Shown: positions 26,340-37,114 of the stretch, piece after piece
Layout of the letters: each line of letters starts with the position of its first letter
Numbering within the stretch: position 1 is the first letter of the stretch
Assembly: GCA_030141605.1 (NCBI GenBank)
Contig: JAQGDQ010001225.1
Coordinates: 1-53,861 of the forward strand
Source: Tubiluchus corallicola
Lineage: Eukaryota > Animalia > Priapulida
Reading direction: 5' to 3'
DNA: 53,861 nt
Position numbers and translations under genes: made by a program
The notes under the pieces: generated by a model
The model's input: the letters and a program-made list of their open reading frames with translations, nothing else
Told to the model about the DNA's origin: nothing
The model's database searches: none

Positions 26340-26614
26340 CTGAAAGACGTCCTGTCAAATTAAAAGAACTGACGCATTTCCACTGTGGACGAAATTTGAA
26401 GAAACTGAGAAAAAAATTGAGCAGCGAAAAAATTATCATAAATATCATATTATATTGTCAATTTATTTTGAATGTAAACAACAACAAAACTCAATTTAGT
26501 ACATCACTCTAACCAGAATAACCGCGATCGGAACTCTCCTGCAACCAAATGACAAACTTCACAGGATAAATTAGGAATGAATATTTTCTTGTATAAATAT
26601 TATAAATATATGTC

Positions 26615-26865
26615 ATAATATATATATATCATGTATAGTATATTATATATATATATATCATGTATAGTATATTATATATATATAGTATAGTATAGTATAT
26701 ATTATATTACATAGTATAGTATATATATACATATATATATATATATATACATACATACACATGCACGCACACACCATATACACGCACACACACACACACG
26801 CAACACATATATAATTGATTGGCAAAAAGTTTTTTTTGAGCTACCCTATTATATATATATATATG
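26615..26865. repeat. (TA)n/(CA)n low-complexity microsatellite
   Basis: Direct reading. Confidence 0.9.
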
Positions 26866-27009
26866 TGCACTCATTGACTTGTTATTCTGTTCCATTTTAA
26901 TGAATTTTTGCCTTGCAATATTTCCATTATATTAAAGAATCCTGAGGTAATGTTAATAACATTGTAAAAATCATCAAAACAGGAAGAAAGTATAACGAGA
27001 TTTACTTAC

Positions 27010-28241
27010 TGTCTGTTTTGCAAAAATGTTGACTGTGAAATCTGCAGCTGCTCCAGATCCGGTCGTGGAGAATTCCTTGGAATTTGTTTAGGTACTGCTC
27101 GGCTCTTCTTAGACTGTTTAGATGAGAGTCTTCCCCGCTTGGCTGCCGGTTCGATGCTCACGTGTTGGTAGTTGCCGGCAGTCCGACGTCGACTTGACGA
27201 AGAAGCTGAGACGACAGATTTATGATGTTTGACCGATGTCCCTGTGTCAGACATGAATGTTTTAAATTCAGACGTGGGCTTTGGTCTACGGGGAGATGAC
27301 CGCGATGGTTGCCCTTTCATGCGAGCTGGACTTGACGAGGGTAGGGATGACTCAACTGCCCGCATCGATGCACTGGGTCGTTCCGGAGATGGTTCCTCGC
27401 CATGGTCCTTCTCTCTAGACGACGCAGTAAGTTGAACTGCAGATGTTTGCGGCTCGGCACGTCTAGGAGATGACCTCAATTGCTGCACCTCCCCCGGGTC
27501 TACGCTGCTCGAAGACACAGGTGGGTAAGAACGTCTCGTCGCATGCAACTTAGAATGTCTTGTGGAAGACTGAAGCTGATGCACTTCACCATGGTCCGCA
27601 TCAGAAGGTGCGGGCGGCAAAAATGCGGACGCAAGTGATCCAGGTCGCCTCGGAGAAGACCTCACAGGTCGTTCATAACTCGGAGACGACTGTGAGATAA
27701 AATTCCTAGCAGGAGACTTTCCGCGGGAAGAACTATTCCGTAAGATGTCCCTAGGATTTTTCTTTAATGGAGACTTCGCAAGAGAAGGCTTACTGGTTTT
27801 TTCCATTTGATGGAATTTACTGTTGACAAAAGATTTCCGTGCCGTTTGTTTAACCGAGGGCACAGATGTCGTCTTGGTAGAAGATTTCACTCCGGATTCA
27901 GCAGGAGAACTTTGTTTCTTAGGAGAAAGTTTCCGCTGGCTCCCTCGAGTGGTCGCTCTTGGAATGAACGACTTACGAGCCGTCTGCTTTGCTGCTGGCT
28001 TCTCAGTACCAAGACTTGTAACTGATGAATTAGCAACGGGTTGAATGTTGGTCACATGTGCACTAGCAACAGGTTGAATGTTGGTCACATGTGCAGCAGC
28101 AACAGAATCTTCTGACAGGACTACGGACGAAAGATCGGGAGGAAACGGTCGACCGACTTGTTTACGACGAGGAGTACTTGTTCCTGGAATAACCCGAGAC
28201 GACTGATGCTTTCCGGGCAAATTTTTCTTTTTACTACCAAC
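27010..28241 (-). CDS. CENP-U-like protein, coding exon 3 (1232 nt; S/R/K/P-rich disordered region with two KQTARKS motifs)
   Basis: Long GC-richer ORF bounded by ttatcag acceptor and CA|gtaagt donor; phases 0/2. Confidence 0.85.
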
Positions 28242-28637
28242 CTGATAAAACATGTGCAACTTTCATGTTATAATGTCTCTTTTGTACATTTTAGTAACTA
28301 ATTTACTTGACTAGAACAGCTTGTATTGTCTATATTTATAGAGCTTATTTGATGAAGTCAGTATAAAAAAATTCCAGAACATTCAAGTTAAAGAGTCTTC
28401 GATTTCTTTGTCGGAAGAAAAGGGAATTTTAACTATATCCCAAGGAATTTTCTCTGCAGAGTTACATTACTTAGTATTTTCAAAGTTTTGAGAAATTTTT
28501 TAAACATTATTCATGAAGGGTGTTTTCTTGTGTTTTAAGCTGAGACATTTTCTGTTTTTTGCTGTTTTATTTCCAAATAATAGAGCCATCAGAAGACTTT
28601 TAACAATGTATTCAATATAGTTTACGGCACAGACAAG

Positions 28638-28941
28638 TTAATGCACAAATTAATTACGGACTTAACCTGAATAAATTTACTTTTGTAGAACATGCAATAA
28701 AATATCATTTATTAATGCACAAATTAATTACGGAGTTAACCTGAAGAAATTAACTAATGTAGAACATGCAATAAAATATCATTTGTTAATGCATAAATTT
28801 ATTACAAAGTTAACCTGAATAAATTTACTTTTGTAGAACATGCAATAAAATATCATTTGTTAATGCACAAATTAATTACGGAGTTAAACTGAATAAATTA
28901 ACTAATGTAGAACATGCAATAAAATATCATTTGTTAATGCA
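28638..28941. repeat. Tandem repeat, 74-bp unit x4, alternating A/B variants
   Basis: TTAATGCA at 28638, 28712, 28786, 28860 and 28934; TTACTTTTGTAG alternates with TAACTAATGTAG. Confidence 0.92.
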
Positions 28942-29024
28942 GCTTGAGATTTCCAAGTGATGTTTAAGTTTTCTGGAGCATAAGTTTAATTTATCAGTAT
29001 TTATTCTCCATTATTCTCATTTAA

Positions 29025-29330
29025 CTCTTTCAGGACGGCTCCATTCATAACATGTCGTATAAGACCTACGACCTTTCTGCTACAGCATGAGCACAGACAT
29101 AACTAAATGATTACAAATTAGGTACTGGTTTATTCAAGAGAATCTCAGCTATCCAACTGCACTATTTGTTTAATCATTTATAAACGATTTAATTTATTAA
29201 AATTAAGAAAACACGCCCTTTTCAGGCACTCTAACTTAGTAGATTGAGTAGCTATGTCTGGTGTACGCTTGCGTGATTGAAGACATTTTATTGATAGCCT
29301 GCTTGCTACAGCCCTTGTTATCAGAGTGTT
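29025..29330. mobile_element. Old TTAA-flanked (piggyBac-like) dispersed repeat; other copies at ~25290-25509 (inverted) and ~46396-46740
   Basis: Shared TTAA-CTCTTTCAGGAC end and ACAGACATAACTAAA...ATCTCAGCT core in three places; boundaries are approximate. Confidence 0.65.
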
Positions 29331-29753
29331 GCATCTGAATAGTTGATATTTTTTGCATTAGTTACAGTGCAAACTCTGCAGTTACTGAAAGCTTTTTCCA
29401 ATTTCTTTGTCAAAAATCGATTTTCAATTTGTCTAAAGTAAGCAAATGCATTTCATAAATAATTTTGCAAAAAAATCCATTGTATGATGAGTAGAAACTG
29501 TATATATGTGAGCATATATATATATATATATAAAGACATCGAAACTGTTTGTGGTACGTAACAGTACACTGAGTTGTATTGCCCAACCACTTGTTATTTC
29601 TTAGAAAAATTTTGCTGTGTCAAAAAAATTCACTTTTTCTCTGAAGAAACTATCACACTATTACAAACTTTTTAAAAATAAACTTGATAAATCTTGTAAC
29701 CTGACGAAAATTATATACCTGAATATGCACAACAAAAATTCAAAATCGGTTAC

Positions 29754-29901
29754 CTTAGCAACAGCTGGTGCCTGTGACAACGATGCACCAGCATCCGAAA
29801 CACGTGAACTGTTGCTAGCATCTGCGCCAGCACCACCTGACGGATTCGCATCGGTACCATCGGTTTCAAACACCCACGGTCTTAGCGTGACTTTTCTTTT
29901 C
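29754..29901 (-). CDS. CENP-U-like protein, coding exon 2
   Basis: ttctag acceptor, AAG|gtaacc donor; KRKVTLRPWVFETDG...APAVAK; phases 2/0 are consistent. Confidence 0.75.
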
Positions 29902-30584
29902 CTAGAATGAAATTGCAAGATGAATGCCAGGTTATCACTGTACAAACATATCTACTGTAAGTTTGAGAGAGCTATCACTAAAATTAAAATTGTATGTATA
30001 ACTAGAGACAACAAGTATGGATAACTAGAGTTCCTGTGGAAACCTGAGAAAGTTATCCATTTAAACGTCTAACCTACCGCTAACTGGTGTAACCCTTTAA
30101 CCTTTACTTAGCCAAGTTTTCTATGTATCCACATTAAAAAAACTTTGTATCTGTTCTGAGTTGAAGTGCATGGATAGCAATGTCCCGTTTGCATAAAATT
30201 GTACTATTTACAACATTGTTTCAATTAATCTGGTTGCCTAAGAAGCATCTAAATGATAAATTGCAAAAAGGTCTTTGAAAATATTTCCTTTCTTGCAAGA
30301 ATTTGGCAAACTGTCCTACGGCTGAGGACACTTGTATTGCAAACTTTCTTTTCCAAAGGCTACTGTTGTGAAAGACGGAATTAAAAGATTATTTCTTGAT
30401 CTTAAGACGTGGTCACAAGAATCGTCTGCAAGTAGATTATGTAGGTAAAAGTGTCTTGAAAGATTTTTTGAAATGCAATCTTAAATTGCTCATTCAGCAT
30501 CTAGACTAATACAAGTTGATCTCAACTGACAAACAAAAGCTTCTGAGGAAAAAAGAATTTTTTTGATGCTAAAAAACCTGCCAC

Positions 30585-31053
30585 TGATCACCAGATAAGC
30601 TTCACATGTACAATCAGCAGGTAAGCTTCACATAATCAGCAGGTAAGCTTCATGTAACCAGCAGCTAAACTTCATGTATTCAGCAGGCACGCTTCATGTA
30701 ATCAGCAGGTAAGCTTTAAGTAATCAGCAGGTAAGCTTCATATAATCAGCAGGTAAGCTTCACGTATTCAGCAGGTACGCTTCATGTAATCAGCAGGTAA
30801 GCTTTAAGTAATCAGCAGGTAAGCTTCACGTAATCAGTGAGATAAGCTGTGAGCTTCACGTAACAAGCAGGTAAACTTCACATATTCAGCAGGTAAGCTT
30901 CTCATAATCAGCAGGTGAGCTTCACGTATTCAGCAGGTAAACTTAATGTATTCAGCATGTAAGCTTAGCATATTCATCGGGTAAGCTTCACTCAAATCAG
31001 CAGGTAAGCTTCACGTAATCACCAGATAAGCTTCATGTAATCAGCAAGTAAGC
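30585..31053. repeat. Minisatellite, 22-bp unit (AATCAGCAGGTAAGCTTCACGT), ~20 copies
   Basis: Direct reading; intronic in the CENP-U-like gene. Confidence 0.95.
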
Positions 31054-31166
31054 CTGTGAGACATCTGCATGATGCGTTCAAAGACCTTGAGTTCTTCGAT
31101 TCACTGCTCTAATCAAATCAAATCAATTAGCCCCTGATCAAATTTTCGAGATGAGATGGGTCCACT

Positions 31167-31609
31167 CTTTCCCGCAATTCCTGCAGGCCACATGCAGTTT
31201 GATCAAGGAGCCAAGTACAGAAAGGCCTAATAACGATTTTTTTGCATCCGACTTGCGTACATCATTACTACTACACTCAAGAAACTATTTTAGAAGTTAT
31301 TAAAATTTATATTACAAACCATATATTTCTACTTTCAGGACAGATAGTGGTAATTTCATTACAATGAGTATTAGTAACGTGTATCACACAGTCTGTGTAG
31401 TACAGTGACATTTAGCTACAACCGTCTTGTAAGGGTTAACGGCATCCGATCTAGTAGAAAAAACTACCCGCACTATCTTTGGGATCGTGGCACGGACTTT
31501 TCAGCTGGATACACTCAATTAATCGCCCGGGCCGCACTTTCATTAGGTTGACAAATCTCTTCGCGGGCTGCAAAAATTCTCTCGGCGGGCCGCAATTTGC
31601 ACACCCCTG
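31167..31609 (+). mobile_element. hAT MITE, copy 4 (left end missing)
   Basis: Internal sequence and right TIR match the other copies; the left ~40 bp and its TSD are absent. Confidence 0.9.
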
Positions 31610-31960
31610 TTATAAATCAAGTTTTCCTGGTTTGCCCCAAAACATGAATTTGAACGCGAATGCGTCACCCGGCATAACCATAGCATTCGAAGACTTATTG
31701 TTCAGTAAAAGTATAAAACACAAGAGGAAAAGTTAGAAAATAAACAAGCTTAATAGAAATGCAGATTGTAGTGACTCGTAACATGATAGACTGACTCATG
31801 CTGGACGGATGGAGTGAAAATGATTTCCTCCATTGACAGCTCCCATCCAAATTACTTGTTTCAGTATCAATTACACATTGGTTTACCTTTTCACTGCTTT
31901 ACCAATGTGTAGGTTGCAATGTTAAACATAAGCACATGTATAAAAACAAATTGCACTCAC

Positions 31961-32049
31961 GAATATCGCAAGCCTTCAACTTTAGTAGATCTCTGTGGCC
32001 AAATCACCAGTTTTGAGGATTGCTTATTCTGTCGTTTTCTGTTACTCAT
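31961..32049 (-). CDS. CENP-U-like protein, coding exon 1 (MSNRKRQNKQSSKLVIWPQRSTKVEGLRY)
   Basis: ATG shortly after a ttttag acceptor; gtgagt donor in phase 2 matches the next exon. Confidence 0.7.
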
Positions 32050-33608
32050 TATTGCACTAAAAATACAGAAATGCTGGGTTAGAAACTTGTAACCAACAGT
32101 ACCATATACAGAAGAGAAACCAAATACTAAGCTTTGTTATACAGTTAGTCCCTCATAAGATAGGTACAACTTGCATATCTGCAATAAACACTGGCATTTA
32201 GTTTCCATGCAATGTGTTTCACAAATTTAACCTTAAAAAAGGACATAGAACAACTCACGTAATACTTAAACCTGGACAAACTTAACCTTAAAAAAGGACA
32301 TAGAACAACTCACGTAAGACTTAAATCTGGACTAGCAAAACGCAAATAGATGGCAGGACAAATTACTAACTTTTAACTTTAGCCTAAGCCAGTCTTATTC
32401 GTAGTTTCAAATTTGCACGCATAAAGCCTGGCTTCAATGGTAAAATTATTATAATTTGTATTTGGTTTAACGTGCAATTTGCAACATTATTTCACAAACA
32501 AATTCTGTGTCGCCCTTTTGGTTTGCTTTTAACCGCCAGCCAGTTAAGCGGTACGGGAAACCTTGCTGTAAACGGTAAGATTTTGAGACGCTCCTGCGTC
32601 CCCTTTGCTACAGCCAGAATAAAAGGGACCTTTTAGACTTCACGAAGGCTGGAGCCAACGCTGGATGCTAAGCTTTTTGCGGGTGGCCCAGATCCAAAAC
32701 AAGATCTTTTAAATAACTGAAATAACCCTACAGGACCGTCCTCTTACCCAACCCAGGGTGTGTATTAATTTTGAGCTGGAAATCAATGTTGAACTTAAAT
32801 TATTGTAAGTTGTAAATGCTAAAGGATGTTGGTATTGCAAAAATAACCTTGGTTTCAGGGGAGTTTAGCGAAACAGCAGCACGATTGAAGTTAACTAACT
32901 AAACAGGAAATACAGAAGCAACAATGCACTCACCTAAATTTACAGGCTAGACTCTTTGAAACACTTGCATGCCTACAGGGGTAAACTTATCGAATCTAGT
33001 TTACAAGATATCGCGCAAGTGGAAGATGTCAGCTAAGCATTACTAAAAAGTTCTGACAAATTGCGTTAATGGCTCAACCTAGTAGCTTACATGGTAGATT
33101 CAGTGTTCTACCGGTAGAGTTATTGGTTCAACCTTGTAATTAATTCGTTTAGGACATAGTCTTAGGATAAAACCTTAGATAGCTTAATACTTTTTCCAAG
33201 GTAGTTCCAATTATTATTAACTGCACGTTACGATCAGTACCATTTTTCAACTCCTTGGTGTGACACTATCGAGAGTTGCGTCCACGACATCCCGGGTGAG
33301 AAGCGAGCACGCTACCATTGAGCTACATCACCTGGGTACCCAGAACACCCTCATTTGTACTCACGCATGCACACACGTTTGTGTAGCAAAAACAGGCACA
33401 ATGAAACTGAAGAAATTAACCAAGAAGTTGCCCACATGATACACATGTTAACCCATATTGACTAATGAGGGTCAACATAGTAAATGCAACATTTCAATGG
33501 GCCTATATATTTTATACCAATGACCTGGATTTTTAGAGTCACTTAGATGCCCATATTACAAACAAGTCAGTTAAAAGCACAGCCCTGATTTTCGTATAGC
33601 ACAAAAGC

Positions 33609-33645
33609 CACGTGATAAGGGTCACTTTGCTGTGTACAATATAAA
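33609..33645 (+). promoter_or_regulatory. SIBD-like gene proximal promoter: E-box CACGTG, GATA site TGATAA, GGGTCA half-site, TATAAA
   Basis: Motifs read directly about 90-125 nt upstream of the ATG; function is inferred. Confidence 0.55.
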
Positions 33646-33733
33646 GCTGGATGTTGGTCATGTTGAGTTCGTTCTCAAATATTTCTTTCTGAAGACTCAT
33701 AAATTGTGTTGTTCAGCCTCAACCAACAGAAAG

Positions 33734-33780
33734 ATGAAGGGATTTCCTCTTACAGTCATTGTAGTGGGCTTGGTGGCACA
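33734..33780 (+). CDS. Secreted single IGFBP-domain (SIBD/neuroparsin-like) protein, exon 1 (signal peptide MKGFPLTVIVVGLVAQ)
   Basis: Hydrophobic N-terminus, CA|gtaagt donor, TATA box about 90 nt upstream. Confidence 0.85.
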
Positions 33781-35043
33781 GTAAGTACTGCGACAGTATA
33801 TGTGAATGAAAATCATTGAATGAACGAAAAGTTAAAAAACGAATGACTGAGTGAATAAGCAAAGAAAAGAAAAAATAAAAGAAACAAAGAACGAACTGAT
33901 GAATGAAAAGTTAAAACAAACGAATGATTATAATTAATTTATTAATTAATTAATTAATGCACATAATTATTATGTACGAATAAATGAATGAAGGAATGCA
34001 TGAACGAACAGAGAAATGAAGAAATGAATGAATAAACGGGTGATTTGCATAAACAAATGAAGAAATATATCAGAAAAATAAGTAAATAAGTGAGTTAGTA
34101 GTTAAAATGAAAGAAAATTTGTGAGTGAATGAACAAACAAGTAACTGAGGGACACTCGACAACTAAATGAACAAACTAAACTATTTTTCTCAGAGTCTCT
34201 CGTCCTTCAAGAACTTCATCAGCTGACATCAACCTGATATAGCTAGAAGATCTTAAATGATATCAACTTAATATAGCTAGGATCTTTCAAGATCTTAGCT
34301 GTATAAAGTTGAAGTCAGCTGATGAAGCACGTAAGGGACGAAAACTTATGAGAAAAATAAAAATTTCTTTCAGTCTTAATGGACATTTTGAGTTCTTTTA
34401 CGGTGGCGACTATGGCAAAATCTCAGAAGAGCACTATCTTACTTTCAAGCTACGAATACGTGAATCGACTAATTAAAATTGAACGAACTTATAAACTAAA
34501 ATAATTATATTATTAAACCAACTCTATTAGATTTTAATATGCCAAGGTTATTAGATGTAAATTAGTAAAGCAATTGTAGTCCTGTATATGACACCTGTCC
34601 TTTTTGAAATTTTACTTTTGTCGTGTCTATGTGTACAAGTATAAGTATCTTTATTTATTACATTTTTACAGCAGGAAAAACACAGCGCATAAAACGATAA
34701 TATGATGCAATGTAAGAAAATTATTATAATCATTAATTTATCTGAGATATGATATTAAACTGATTGGTGAAAATGTGGCGAAGAATTAAAAGTTATCAAA
34801 GTGAACCACAAAGAAACGATTAAAATATACAACTACGTGAACAAACATCAAAAGGAGTAAACAAAAAAACTTGCAAACTAATTAAAAAAACAAGAAGAGG
34901 GATTCATCGATCAGTAGAGTGGAGTATAAGAGCAAACTAGACTTGCTGTTGTTATTGTTGTTGCTGCTACTGCTGCTGTTGAACTTTGAAGCCTGGCTGC
35001 AAAGCACTACTGATTGTATCGTTTCAATTCGTTTGCTTTCCAG

Positions 35044-35197
35044 AGCATACAGCATTACCTGTCCTTGCTTTATCAAGTCGCTTTATGCAACACCTGCAGA
35101 TTATTGCAGGGAATTCGAGCTGCCCGAACTAACTGAGGCTGACTGTAAGTATGGCGTAGGCAAAGATGTCTGTAGATGCTGCGATGAGTGCAAAAGG
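35044..35197 (+). CDS. SIBD-like protein, exon 2
   Basis: tttccag acceptor; AYSITCPCF...DCKYGVGKDVCRCCDECKR contains the IB-domain D-x-C-x-C-C-x-x-C motif; AGG|gtaag donor. Confidence 0.9.
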
Positions 35198-36189
35198 GTA
35201 AGATTTTATTATCAACCGTGTTGGCATACTTTTTGCTGATGCTTTAGGTTTTTTTGCTATTTCCCGTCGTGGTCGATGAGTTTGGAATTAGAAAACAAAA
35301 TTTGTTTGTTAGGTAAATTGATTTCGTGATACTATGGCATTTATTTACTAACTATCTTTACTTTTACTATATGTATATATCTATTTACTCAACATTGGCA
35401 CGTATTTATTTTATGTATCTATCTTTCATAAATTTTCTTTAAAACGTTGACTCTAATTATTTGTGCTAAAGAACTGGCACTATATATATATATATACAAA
35501 CCAACATTCTATTACGTATGTACAGGTCAGAACAGAAATAAACTTTGTATGCTAGTTTGGTGACCCTAAAATTCCATTACCACAGCTCCTTCTATAGTGC
35601 AGGTATGAACGAGCCTTTAGTAAAGAATGATGATAATATATATATAGTAACAAAAACACAAACACAGCAGTTACATTTGAACGTTAATTTATATTTAGTT
35701 GTTTATGGTATCTTTCAATATATGGTATCTTCATCAGAACAAAGGAATTGACTGAAGGAAATATTGTGACAGGCTTCTTTGTAGGAATGTGTGAATACGT
35801 GAGTAGACACAGGCTTCAAGTTATGCATCGTACACTGTGGATACAGGCTAAACAGTACAGTAGCGGAATGAAGTAATAGAGTTGTGACAGGCAGAAAATA
35901 ATTTATGTAAAAATGGATAAAAATCCATTAGTATTTGAATTTCAGTTTATGAAGTATGTTGATGTTGGACCCAAAAGCCCTTTTATCATTACAAAACATT
36001 TGTATTATTGCTCAGTAGTATGATTATTATACAAACCAACATTCTATTACGTATGCACAGGTCAGAACAGATTGCACAGTTTTCTTTTTTTTGAACGTTA
36101 CAGGGTCCTGGAGAACAGAATGACAGTCGTAACTCTTAACTGAACTGATTAACTCTGATTGCGCAGTTTTTATTTTTTTAACGTTACAG

Positions 36190-36354
36190 GGTCCTGGAGA
36201 AATATGCGGTGGTCCTTGGGGCTTTAGTGGTGAGTGTGGCGATGGACTGGAGTGCGTCACGGAGGTTCTGCCTGGGTATGATCCAAATTTTGCAGACGGA
36301 ACGTGCAAGACGATAAAGAAGCCAGTTGGAGCTCCGTTCGATGACGACGTATAA
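36190..36354 (+). CDS. SIBD-like protein, exon 3 (terminal)
   Basis: GPGEICGGPWGFSGECGDGLECV...GTCKTIKKPVGAPFDDDV*; GExCGG...GxCGxGLxC motif. Total 121 aa with 12 Cys. Confidence 0.9.
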   Translation, partial: GPGEICGGPWGFSGECGDGLECVTEVLPGYDPNFADGTCKTIKKPVGAPFDDDV

Positions 36355-36979
36355 AAATCTTTACTGGCTAAATGTGGGAGACAGTTATGTATTAAATACA
36401 ATTCCATTATTCTCGCCATTATTAATCTTTTATCGATATTTTTATTATTAATTTCTTTTGTTTTTTAATAACTGAACAAAACCCATATTTTACTAATTGA
36501 CAATATTTGTGTCTGTGGTCGAAACTTTATTGGATGTAAATTTTACTGCAACGAAAATTGACCACCATTTTACTCGTGGTCATTTAAAAACTTCTAAATC
36601 GTGTAGAACTTAATAAAAATAGAAAAGATTTTAAATTGTTTTATTGTTTATAATTTATTATAATTAGTGAGTGAAGTTATTATTTTGCCTTTTGTTATTG
36701 TATGTTAACGTTTTTTAAGTATAAATGTGTTTTTGTTTTTCTTTTCTTTCTCGTTTTTCTTTTCCCCTCTTCTTTTCCTTCTCCTCTTTTTCTGTACGTG
36801 GTGAGTTCGAATGAATCTTTGGAAAAGTATTCCGCTTTCGCTTATCCGACTCTGACAAAGTGTGCATCTAGATAGACCTAGTCAGCTTTGAAGTTTGAAG
36901 AGTATGCAGTAGGCACAGCGACTGAATCCAAGTCCCTGGTCAGGGACCCACCTGATGAGGTGAAGCTAATGTGTACGAA

Positions 36980-37069
36980 ATAATAGTAATAATAACAATA
37001 GTAATAATAATAATAATAATAGTAATAATAATAATAGTAATAATAATAATAATATTAGTAATAATAATA

Positions 37070-37114
<45 letters not shown>

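Noticed and set aside
27006-28259. Histone H3 or CENP-A gene suggested by KQTARKS
   Set aside because: No histone-fold sequence in any downstream exon; the C-terminus is a different helical domain.
32350-33050. Telomerase RNA candidate
   Set aside because: No CTAACCCT-type template on either strand.
33075-33335. tRNA genes (also tRNA-like stretches near 15025, 46015 and 47470)
   Set aside because: Only degenerate A/B boxes and no complete cloverleaf; likely SINE relics.
36925-36985. Possible hammerhead or HDV-like ribozyme (CTGATGA...GAAA, GCTAA, two small hairpins)
   Set aside because: I could not fit the required stems for either fold.
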